From a virus (Duplodnaviria; Caudoviricetes): a stretch of 35,518 nucleotides of DNA. Positions 8,281 through 15,908 of the stretch are shown here, piece after piece. How positions within the stretch are numbered: position 1 is the stretch's first letter; each line of letters begins with the position of its first letter. The stretch spans positions 1 to 35,518 of IMG/VR virus record IMGVR_UViG_3300011415_000021; one strand, 5' to 3'. The translations under genes and the position numbers were made by a program. The notes beneath the pieces are model-generated. The model saw only the letters and a list, made by a program, of their open reading frames with translations, searched no databases and was not told where the DNA came from.

Positions 8281-8466
8281 ATGACTCGCTATAAATTGCA
8301 TTGGAGTTCGGGGAGCGGGCCATCCCCCGAATTGAAGTGGCAGATTTGGGATTGGCGTCTTCGCGCGCCAGTGGTGCATTTAGAAAACCGGGCGCTCGGT
8401 CGCCAAATTTGCAAACTGTTAAACGACAGCGACAAAAGGAGAGTGACAGATGGGACAAGCGTTTGA
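8281..8466 (+). CDS. hypothetical protein
   Basis: Starts directly after repeat copy 2 (GGAGG ATG). Confidence 0.55.
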   Translation: MTRYKLHWSSGSGPSPELKWQIWDWRLRAPVVHLENRALGRQICKLLNDSDKRRVTDGTSV

Positions 8467-8839
8467 TAGTCGCGGCAACGTGCTCGGCGAGGCAGAAGGT
8501 GACACGAAAGAGGAAGTCTTTAAGAAGCTGAATGAGTTTAAGGACGCGGCCGAGATTCGGATTCGTTCGATGGCGCCGCCTGTGCCACAGGCGTACGATC
8601 CGCCACGGGCGGCACCACAGCGGCTCAGTCTCGACAATGTGGAGCACGCGTTCACATACCACGCATGGAACGACGACCAGAAAAAGCGAGGCGCTGAAGT
8701 CACTGGGGATTTGATTGAAGCCGCGAAGTCTATTTTGCGGAATGTGCCGGAGTGCCCGATGCGAACACGGGCGCTGAACAACCTCATCGACGCGCGGATG
8801 ATCGCGAACGCGGCGATTACACACGACGGGCGGTACTAA
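8450..8839 (+). CDS. Acb2/Tad1-like helical-hairpin protein (putative cyclic-nucleotide sponge) with N-terminal extension
   Basis: The C-terminal VEHAFTYHAWNDDQ...ILRNVPECPMRTRALNNLIDARMIANAAIT follows the FTYH...P..RE.SLA.T.LE...MWANAAIA pattern of this family. Confidence 0.7.
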   Translation: MGQAFDSRGNVLGEAEGDTKEEVFKKLNEFKDAAEIRIRSMAPPVPQAYDPPRAAPQRLSLDNVEHAFTYHAWNDDQKKRGAEVTGDLIEAAKSILRNVPECPMRTRALNNLIDARMIANAAITHDGRY

Positions 8840-9099
8840 AGCTATCGCGCGGCGCGAACGCGGGCGCCACTAGTGCCGAGTGTTCCTCGTTAGAGGTAGG
8901 GCTGGGAAACAAAGCGTGGCAGCTCGGAGAGACGAGCACTTGAGTAGCCCGTGAGGGGGAGAGGCGAGCGATGACGAAGAACAACAAAGAGAAAAGAGAT
9001 TATGCGCGCCGGTGGAGGGAGTGCGTCTAAGACCCTCTCTCGTCACCGCGACGACGAACTAGCTTGTTCGTAGAAGATTTGCCGGAAAAGGAGACGACG

Positions 9100-9483
9100 A
9101 TGCGATTAAGTGAAGCTATTCGATTAGGGGCGATGTTGCGACCGCAGGGTATTGGCACGCTGAACTCAAGCGGGAGTTGCGCGCTGGGTGCGGCGGGTGA
9201 GGCGATTGGCGCGAAGTGCCCGCAGGCGATGTGCGGCATTCTGCCATTGCTCGTTGCGCGATGGCCCCGCTTGATGTCACAGATGGTGACGTTGCCGTGT
9301 GCGTGCCGCTTCGACTTTCCTTTTGGTTCCGCAGTTTTACACCTCAACGATAACCATCGCTGGACCCGCGAACAGATCGCGGATTGGGTGGAGACGATCG
9401 AGCCGCAGGCTGATGAATCTCAGACAGCGGTGGAAGTGGCGCAGCCGGTTGTCGCGGTAGCTCGAACGCAGAACTTTCTATAA
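9100..9483 (+). CDS. hypothetical phage protein, paralog of 2457-2855
   Basis: MRLSEAIRLGA...SCALGAA...HLNDNHRWTREQIADWV; AAGGAG RBS. Confidence 0.75.
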   Translation: MRLSEAIRLGAMLRPQGIGTLNSSGSCALGAAGEAIGAKCPQAMCGILPLLVARWPRLMSQMVTLPCACRFDFPFGSAVLHLNDNHRWTREQIADWVETIEPQADESQTAVEVAQPVVAVARTQNFL

Positions 9484-9566
9484 CCGTTCCGTGCGCGCAT
9501 AAGGATTTGTATTTTATTTCTATATTAGGAGCGGCCCGCAGACGTATGAGCACCCCACAGGACTAA

Positions 9567-10154
9567 ATGGCAGGACACGATAACTGGCTGACGCCGCCCG
9601 ATCTCTTCCACCTGCTCGATCGCGAGTTCGGCTTCGACCTCGACGCCTCGGCGTCGGCAGGGCATGAGAAGTGCGCGCGCTTTATTACGCCCGAGCAGGA
9701 CGCGCTGGTGACACCGTGGGAGGGCCGAACGGTCTGGGTGAACCCGCCTTATTCCCTGATGAGTAAGTTCGTCCAGCGGGCGTGGGAGCAGTGCCAAGAG
9801 CACCGCAACACCATCGTCCTGCTGATTCCGGCCTACACCGACCCCGCCTACTGGTATGACTGCATCGTGCCGTATGCCGATGAGATACGGTTCCTTGTGG
9901 GGCGCGTCAGCTTCTTGGAGAACGGGGCGCGGAAGACATCAGCGCGGTTCCCCTCGGTGGTGATTGTGTTTCGCTGGCGGCAGGGCGAGTTCAAGAAACC
10001 GCCGCACGTCTGGTGGTGGAAGTGGCGCAACGCGCCGAACAACGGCGAGCAGAAAGGCAAGCGACCGTGGGCGGTGCGAGAGAAGAAGAAAACGCCGCCT
10101 CTCTTAGATGAGATGACGGGCATGACTGCCGACGAACGAGGGTGGTTGGGCTAA
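9567..10154 (+). CDS. phage-type DNA N6-adenine methyltransferase (Dam family)
   Basis: WLTPPDLF...FDLDASA...VWVNPPYS...VLLIPAYTD...EIRFLVGRVSF. Confidence 0.9.
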   Translation: MAGHDNWLTPPDLFHLLDREFGFDLDASASAGHEKCARFITPEQDALVTPWEGRTVWVNPPYSLMSKFVQRAWEQCQEHRNTIVLLIPAYTDPAYWYDCIVPYADEIRFLVGRVSFLENGARKTSARFPSVVIVFRWRQGEFKKPPHVWWWKWRNAPNNGEQKGKRPWAVREKKKTPPLLDEMTGMTADERGWLG

Positions 10155-10444
10155 TGGCGAAATACGCATATCACCAAATCGACGGCAATCAACGCGAGAT
10201 CATGGACTACCTCCAAGCGCACGGCTTCAGCGTGGAGAGTATCGGCCGACCGCTCGATCTGATCGCGGGGAAAGACGGGCGCACGTATCTGCTCGAGATC
10301 AAGCTCCCGAAAGCTAAGCTGCGGCCGACACAGGAGAAGTTCCTCGCGAGCTGGCGTGGGCACGCGGCGGTGATCCGGGATCTGACCGATGCGAAGGCGT
10401 TGATTGATCGGCACAATCGAGTGCAGGAGTTTAGCGAGCTATAG
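10154..10444 (+). CDS. VRR-NUC / PD-(D/E)xK nuclease (resolvase-like)
   Basis: DGNQREI...PLDLIAG...LLEIK...LRPTQEKF. Confidence 0.8.
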   Translation: MAKYAYHQIDGNQREIMDYLQAHGFSVESIGRPLDLIAGKDGRTYLLEIKLPKAKLRPTQEKFLASWRGHAAVIRDLTDAKALIDRHNRVQEFSEL

Positions 10445-10528
10445 CGAGCGGGTAAAGCGGTCTTGGTATTTAGGCCGCACGGGCCGTAATTCTTTGTCGC
10501 ATTTTCGTCTGTGGAAAGGCAGGGCACG

Positions 10529-10834
10529 ATGACGGCACGCCCCACACGGCCCCTGGAGGAATTAATTGAGGAACTGGGACGTTTCCATTGGGCGATAGAA
10601 CGTCATGCGCGTGATGAGTTTCGGGAGACGATGCGGCAACTACGTGCCCTCCTCGCCGTCCCTCCCGAGGGGGAACTGTGGAATCCTCAACACGATTGGC
10701 AGTTGTCGGATGGGAAGTCGCGGTATCTCTGCTCGGTGTGCGGGCAATGGACCGCCAATATGCCGCTGTATCGTGACGAGATTTGTCCCAAGCGTGAGCG
10801 CCGCGAAGGCGAACGCAGGCGAGAACCGCAATGA
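10529..10834 (+). CDS. modular hypothetical protein (MTARPTRPLEELI...LAVPPEG + Zn finger + Arg-rich tail)
   Basis: Shares two DNA repeats with 11099-11593. Confidence 0.65.
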   Translation: MTARPTRPLEELIEELGRFHWAIERHARDEFRETMRQLRALLAVPPEGELWNPQHDWQLSDGKSRYLCSVCGQWTANMPLYRDEICPKRERREGERRREPQ

Positions 10835-11079
10835 GCCTCGACCAGAAACAACCCAAGGGCCATCGAAAGGCGTGGAACGGTGGGCATCGCAAGCCGAACG
10901 TGCGGACATGGCGACCGGGCCAGATCGTCTATTGCCAAGGCCAGTGGGCGTGCCGTGTTGTGGAGGATTTAGGGGATCGCGTGTGCTATGTCGCGCTGCA
11001 AGGGCACAGCAGTACATATCGCGGCGAACATCTGACGGCCATGAAGGATCTATTTACGGAGGTGCGCGATGGGCGATAG
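10831..11079 (+). CDS. hypothetical protein (SH3/KOW-like by pattern)
   Basis: ATGA-coupled; WRPGQIVY...RVVEDLGDRV. Confidence 0.55.
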   Translation: MSLDQKQPKGHRKAWNGGHRKPNVRTWRPGQIVYCQGQWACRVVEDLGDRVCYVALQGHSSTYRGEHLTAMKDLFTEVRDGR

Positions 11080-11098
11080 CGGATTTCAAAATCGAACG

Positions 11099-11593
11099 AT
11101 GACGGCACGCCCCACACGGCCCCTTGAGGAACTGATTGCAGATGCGTTTCAGGTTGCCGTCGAGATGCACCAGACGTGTGCAATCTGCGTCGACGACATT
11201 GCTGCAAATGGTCACAGCAGGCAGCCACACTGTTTTGAGGCAGTGGATGGGGCTGCGATTCTGATTCAAGAATTACGCGGCGTCGGGCTTGAAATACTCG
11301 CCGTCCCTCCCGAGGGGGCGCGAGCAGAAGACTTTCTGCGTTCTCGGGTCGATCCGTCTAAGTGTCATGCTGACGTGAGGGCGTATACCTACGCGGAAGT
11401 CCTTGAAGTGATGGAAGCCTTTGCACGCCAGACAGCCCCCGAGGGCGCACAGGGGTGGCGCGCCTACGTGCAGCATAAGCCGGACTGCGAATCGAGGCTG
11501 TCTACAAACGAACTACGCGGGTTCTGTACTTGCGGCCTCGATACGTTATTGGCCGATCCCCCCGCACGAGAGGAGACGCGAGATGAAGACTGA
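11099..11593 (+). CDS. modular hypothetical protein (MTARPTRPLEELI...LAVPPEG...HKPDC...CTCGL)
   Basis: Repeat-framed paralogous architecture. Confidence 0.65.
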   Translation: MTARPTRPLEELIADAFQVAVEMHQTCAICVDDIAANGHSRQPHCFEAVDGAAILIQELRGVGLEILAVPPEGARAEDFLRSRVDPSKCHADVRAYTYAEVLEVMEAFARQTAPEGAQGWRAYVQHKPDCESRLSTNELRGFCTCGLDTLLADPPAREETRDED

Positions 11594-11792
11594 TTCCGTC
11601 ACACGTTATAGCCGAGTTGAGATTGGCGATGCCGCGAATCATGGTCGTCACGCCCGCTTCGACTATACCGGCGGCTACATTGGTATTTCGGATATGAATG
11701 ATAAGGGGTTTGATGGAGACCGGGTGCTGCTGACGCCGAAACAGTTTCGAGCGTTGGTGAAGTTTGTCACTGCGAAAGGGAAACAGCGATGA
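11583..11792 (+). CDS. hypothetical protein
   Basis: GAGGAG RBS; coupled to the next ORF. Confidence 0.55.
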   Translation: MKTDSVTRYSRVEIGDAANHGRHARFDYTGGYIGISDMNDKGFDGDRVLLTPKQFRALVKFVTAKGKQR

Positions 11793-11914
11793 GCGATCCC
11801 GCCCCCTCGACGCACTGTCAGGATTGCAAGAAGCCTCAAGTAGACGGCTATGTGGGTAAGGTGCCGGTGTGCATGGATTGTTTCGCCAAGCGATTAGCGG
11901 GGCTACTCCAATGA
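11789..11914 (+). CDS. 41-aa Zn-finger peptide (not in ORF track)
   Basis: MSDPAPSTHCQDCKK...VCMDCFAKRLAGLLQ; ATGA overlaps on both sides. Confidence 0.55.
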   Translation: MSDPAPSTHCQDCKKPQVDGYVGKVPVCMDCFAKRLAGLLQ

Positions 11915-12321
11915 GCCATGACTTACCCTACAACTGTCCGGTCTGTGGCACGCCCCCCGCGTCCGCTGGCGGGGCGCAGGAGACGCCCACAGGCGCAGAG
12001 CAGATCTGCCCGATGTGTTATCACCCCTTCGATGCGTGCAGCCATTGTGGGCCCGCCGAGGCCACCGAGCACGATCCGTTGTGCAGTGAAGGCCGCTACG
12101 CGGGCGATCAGGTGATGCCGTGTGATTGCGTACCACGAGCCGGCCACACCGAGGCCGCCACCCTGCGGGCGCGCATCGAAGCGCTGCCGCGGTATGGACA
12201 GTCAGAGTTCAGCGACAACCCAGAGAAGGTCAGACAGATGGACACCGGCATCTGGTTCGAGCGTGAAGCCGTGTTAGCCCTGCTCATCCCCACAGAGGAC
12301 TCCACGGACGCGCAGCCATGA
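11911..12321 (+). CDS. Cys-rich modular hypothetical protein
   Basis: Several CxxC and H...C...CxC units; ATGA-coupled. Confidence 0.6.
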   Translation: MSHDLPYNCPVCGTPPASAGGAQETPTGAEQICPMCYHPFDACSHCGPAEATEHDPLCSEGRYAGDQVMPCDCVPRAGHTEAATLRARIEALPRYGQSEFSDNPEKVRQMDTGIWFEREAVLALLIPTEDSTDAQP

Positions 12322-12545
12322 GCGAGTGGGACGGCAAAGAACGGCGCGCCAGCGATCGGGCCAAACCGCCCTGTCCGGTGTGTGGCTGTGACCGGAGCGT
12401 GGTGGTGGACAGTCCAGGTGTGAGCAGTCTCGCGGAGGTGTATTTGCGTGTCCGCCAGTGCGATGAGTGCCGGGCCAGGTGGCGCACCTACGAATCCAAC
12501 GACTGCCCCCAAAAACCTATTAGTGGCGTAGCGCGGGCCGGCTAG
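12318..12545 (+). CDS. NrdR-N-terminal-like Zn-ribbon protein with WDGKERR extension
   Basis: CPVCG...VVDS...RVRQCDECRARWRTYE; no ATP-cone. Confidence 0.7.
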   Translation: MSEWDGKERRASDRAKPPCPVCGCDRSVVVDSPGVSSLAEVYLRVRQCDECRARWRTYESNDCPQKPISGVARAG

Positions 12546-12608
12546 ACCCCCTATGCTGTAGTTACCCTGTCCACCATCTCCTTCGATACGCTGGCGAATT
12601 ATCGTGGT

Positions 12609-13604
12609 GTGGTGAGTCTCGTGGATGGTGCCTTCGACCCGATCCACGTCGGCCACCTCGCCTACTTCCGCGCCGCCCGATCGCTGGGCTATCCGCTCCT
12701 GTGCAACATCTGTCCTGATCAGGAGACCGCCCAGAAGCATCCGGTGCTCTTGCCCGCACAGGACCGCGCCCAGATTCTCGACAGCCTGGACATCCTAACC
12801 TACGTGCATGTGTCGGAGCGGCCAACCGTGGAGATTCTGCGGCAGTTGCGGCCTGCGTATTACGTCAAGGGCGCGGACTGGGCGGACAAGTTACCCATCG
12901 AACAAGGCCAAGTCTGTGACGAGCTCGGGATCCGCATTCGGTATACCGACACCCAACAGGGGAGTTCCACGGCGCTGCTGAAGCGGTTGCAGCCGGACGT
13001 GGACGCCTTTGAGCGGTTGGTGCAGGGCCAATGGCCCGCGAGTACGCCATGGGCGCCCGTGTTGCCGTGGGACTTTGAGAGTCGGGTGGCCGTGGAAGGC
13101 AAGCACCCCGATCTCATTGCGGAAGTCTTCGCTGGCCACAAGGTGTTGGATGCGGGCTGCGGAGCGGGGCATCTGGTGCGGCTGCTGATCGAGCGAGGCA
13201 TGGATGCGCGAGGATTCGACCTGGCGCCGCAGACAGGGCACCCATGGTTCTTCGCCGCCGACCTCTCCAACGCCGCCGAACTCTTTGACGGCGAATATGG
13301 CGATCTGGTGATCGCACGCGAAGTGCTCGAACATCTCACCATCCGGCAACTGCGGCGGGCGGTGACAAATCTCTGCCGGCTATCCATGGGCTTCGTGTAC
13401 GTGACCACGCGCTTTGCTAGGCAACCGGCGCACTTGCTCAGCGTGGATACGTCTGATGATTTAGACCCCGATCATCGCACGATGCTCCATCCCGATTTCC
13501 TGCGGACGCTGTTTGTGCTCGAAGGCTTCAAGCGCCGCGCCGATCTCGAGCAGCGGCTAGATCATAAGAACCTTGGTCGCGTCTTGGTGTACGAACGTGG
13601 TTGA
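12609..13604 (+). CDS. nucleotidyl(cytidylyl)transferase fused to class I SAM methyltransferase
   Basis: GAFDPIHVGH (HxGH) and YVKGADW of the RfaE/TagD type; VLDAGCGAG and EVLEHL in the C-terminal half. The frame is open back to 12546. Confidence 0.85.
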   Translation: MVSLVDGAFDPIHVGHLAYFRAARSLGYPLLCNICPDQETAQKHPVLLPAQDRAQILDSLDILTYVHVSERPTVEILRQLRPAYYVKGADWADKLPIEQGQVCDELGIRIRYTDTQQGSSTALLKRLQPDVDAFERLVQGQWPASTPWAPVLPWDFESRVAVEGKHPDLIAEVFAGHKVLDAGCGAGHLVRLLIERGMDARGFDLAPQTGHPWFFAADLSNAAELFDGEYGDLVIAREVLEHLTIRQLRRAVTNLCRLSMGFVYVTTRFARQPAHLLSVDTSDDLDPDHRTMLHPDFLRTLFVLEGFKRRADLEQRLDHKNLGRVLVYERG

Positions 13605-14430
13605 CGCCGTCTTGTCGTATCACGCTGATCCGATTTCGTGCGGGGTCGCGAAGTTCTCGCAGCAATTAGCGAAGCGGCTCGACGTGCCGTGGGACCGATG
13701 GGGCGCCATGCGAACCAACCCGCTGTTTTCGGTGAAAACGGCAGAGGTGCGCCAGTGGTTCTATGACGTGCCGGTCTTCGGCCCATACGAGCTCTTCTTT
13801 CACGATATGCCGAACATGGCGGATGGTGCCGCGATGAAGTCAGCGCGGCGTGTGTTCGCTGCCAGTGCGGCGCTCGCTGAAGAGATTCGCCCATACAGAC
13901 GGGACGTGATCTCCGCATGGTGCCCGTCCCTCGTGGAAGCACAGCCCCGCGAACCGATCACCGTGCTCAGCTTCGGCATGGCCCATAAGATTCGCACCGA
14001 CCTCTACGAAACGCTCAAAGCCAAACTCGACGATACCGGCGAGCCCTACGTGGTGTACGTGAGCGCGGCCCTCCACGAAGGCACGACGTTTAGCGATGCG
14101 AGCCAGAGCTTTGAGATGTTGCGGAAGTTGTTCGGCATGAACTTCGTGTTCCTCGGCACGCTCTCTGATGAGGCGATGGTGGACCGGCTCCGCACGTGTA
14201 CCTATGTGGCCGCGTTCTTTGAGAAAGGCTTGCGGGAAAACAACACCAGTGTAATGGCGGCGATTGATGCCGGGGCGACGGTGCTGACAAACTGGGACGA
14301 TCAGACGCCGGGTATCTTCCTACACCTCACGACGGACATTCGCGAAGAACCGCTGCCGCACATAGCACGGCGCAACTGGCTGCGCGAGTACTACAGTTGG
14401 GACAAATTGGTGGAGTTAATCCGTGGCTAG
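13597..14430 (+). CDS. putative GT-B (GT4-like) glycosyltransferase
   Basis: SCGVAKF N-loop, SFGM...K, FVFLGTLSDE...SVMAAIDAGATVLTN...YSWDKL; gene context. Confidence 0.6.
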   Translation: MVDAVLSYHADPISCGVAKFSQQLAKRLDVPWDRWGAMRTNPLFSVKTAEVRQWFYDVPVFGPYELFFHDMPNMADGAAMKSARRVFAASAALAEEIRPYRRDVISAWCPSLVEAQPREPITVLSFGMAHKIRTDLYETLKAKLDDTGEPYVVYVSAALHEGTTFSDASQSFEMLRKLFGMNFVFLGTLSDEAMVDRLRTCTYVAAFFEKGLRENNTSVMAAIDAGATVLTNWDDQTPGIFLHLTTDIREEPLPHIARRNWLREYYSWDKLVELIRG

Positions 14431-15346
14431 AGAACTCACCATCAGCACTCGCGTGATCGGCGACAATCACGCGCCCTACATCATTGCGGAAATCGGCGGG
14501 AATCATGGCGGCTCAGTACAAGTTGCCTGCGACATGATCAAGGCCGCGGCTCGCGCTGGCGCTGATGCCGCGAAGTTTCAAGTGCGGGGGCCCACCCTCT
14601 ACAGTCAGGCACTCCTCGACAAACCGTACGACAACGAAAACAGTTTCGGCAAAACGTATGGCGAGCACCGCGCCATGCTGGAACTGAATCTCAACTCGTT
14701 ACGTCTGACTCAGATCCAAGCCGAACAATCCGGCATCCAGTGGTTCGCCACGGCGTTTGATGAGCGCAGCGCGGATCGGCTGTTCGCGTTGAATGCGCCG
14801 GCGATCAAATTGGCCTCTGGCGCGTTGACGGACGTGGCCTTACAGAGTCATGTGGCGGGGTTGGGCATTCCGATCATCTTGTCCACGGGAGGCGGGGATG
14901 CGGCTGATATTGATCGCGCTGTGCAGCGGATTACTCGGGTTCATCAACGGCTGGCGCTACTCCATGCGACAGCGGCGTATCCACTCGACGCCAAAGACGC
15001 CAACCTCCGCTGTATTGGCACCCTCCGAGAGCGCTACCCCGACCTTGTCATCGGCTACAGTTCGCATTCCCCCGGCGTCGTGCTCCCGCTCATTGCTGTG
15101 GCTTTTGGCGCGTCGATACTGGAGTCGCACTTCACATTAAACCGGGCCAGCAAGGGCACCGATCATGCGTTCAGTCTCGAGCCGAAAGGCTTAGAGACGT
15201 TGGTGGAGGATGCGCGCAAAGTGCAGCAGAGTTTGGGCGATGGCGTGAAGCGGTGGTTACAGATTGAGCGCGGGCCTTTGTCGAAGATGAGAAGGCGTCA
15301 AACACCAGACGGGTGGCGAATCACGGGGGAACTTGATGGCATCTAA
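14423..15346 (+). CDS. neuB: NeuB/SpsE-family nonulosonate synthase (short form, no SAF domain)
   Basis: YIIAEIGGNHGG...ADAAKFQ...TAFD...KLAS...IILSTG...LLHATAAYP...GYSSH...ESHFTLNR...GTDHAFSLEP. Confidence 0.92.
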   Translation: MARELTISTRVIGDNHAPYIIAEIGGNHGGSVQVACDMIKAAARAGADAAKFQVRGPTLYSQALLDKPYDNENSFGKTYGEHRAMLELNLNSLRLTQIQAEQSGIQWFATAFDERSADRLFALNAPAIKLASGALTDVALQSHVAGLGIPIILSTGGGDAADIDRAVQRITRVHQRLALLHATAAYPLDAKDANLRCIGTLRERYPDLVIGYSSHSPGVVLPLIAVAFGASILESHFTLNRASKGTDHAFSLEPKGLETLVEDARKVQQSLGDGVKRWLQIERGPLSKMRRRQTPDGWRITGELDGI

Positions 15347-15515
15347 AGACCCGTTGCTCTGCCCGAAGTGCGGCGCAGGAATGGAACTCAAGAAGCACGG
15401 CTCAGGGGGCGGCTACCTAAACGACACCACTTGTGATCGTGATAGCGGCTGTGGGTCGCTTCAGTTATGGCAGTGCCCATCTTGTAAAAACGTGGAATGG
15501 GTGAGGTGGTCGTAA
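15336..15515 (+). CDS. small Zn-ribbon protein
   Basis: CPKC...CPSC. Confidence 0.55.
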   Translation: MASKDPLLCPKCGAGMELKKHGSGGGYLNDTTCDRDSGCGSLQLWQCPSCKNVEWVRWS

Positions 15516-15908
15516 ATGGCAGTCATTGAAAAATTCCCCGTGCATGACATTGGCGCCCGTACGTGGGGCCGCGAGGTCGTCATCGCGCACACGCCGCAAT
15601 ATTTAGGAAAAGTTTTATACATGAATGCGGGCTATGCGGGGGGGCTCCAGTACCATCGGCTCAAGACGGAAACGTTCTTCTTGTTTTCTGGGAAGGCGCT
15701 CGTCACGACCGACAAGGGTGACGGCATCCTGACGGAGTTCGTGATGGAGCCTGGGGAGTCGTATCACATCCCGACTGGCGCGGTGCATAAGGTGACCGCG
15801 CTTGAAGATTCTGTGTTCTTCGAGTGCTCCACGCCGGTCTTCGAGGATCGCGTGCGCGTGGAAGCCGAGTACGGCTTGAAAATGGAGGGCGGGCTGCCGA
15901 CCACATGA
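15516..15908 (+). CDS. cupin (sugar isomerase-like)
   Basis: RTWGRE...LQYHRLKTETF...GESYHIPTGAVH...ECSTP...DRVRV. Confidence 0.85.
   Translation: MAVIEKFPVHDIGARTWGREVVIAHTPQYLGKVLYMNAGYAGGLQYHRLKTETFFLFSGKALVTTDKGDGILTEFVMEPGESYHIPTGAVHKVTALEDSVFFECSTPVFEDRVRVEAEYGLKMEGGLPTT

Larger units (their letters stand above)
7635..8961 (+). repeat. three copies of gene-boundary repeat AGCCCGTGAGGGGGAG
   Basis: Copies at 7635-7650, 8264-8279 and 8946-8961. Copies 2 and 3 extend to 21 bp (TGAGTAGCCCGTGAGGGGGAG). Each supplies the RBS of the next ORF. Confidence 0.85.
10526..11318 (+). repeat. two pairs of direct repeats framing variable coding modules
   Basis: 10526-10568 vs 11096-11138 are 40/43 identical. 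CTCGCCGTCCCTCCCGAGGGGG is identical at 10652-10673 and 11297-11318. Confidence 0.85.

Noticed and set aside
8840-8945. tRNA gene
   Set aside because: No T-loop GTTCRA in a cloverleaf context and no acceptor stem.
7635-8961. Repeats as a CRISPR array
   Set aside because: Spacing is 600-700 bp with whole genes between copies, and no cas genes are present.
2457-11593. Paralogous segments as DGR template/variable repeats
   Set aside because: No reverse transcriptase is in the window and the differences are not adenine-specific.
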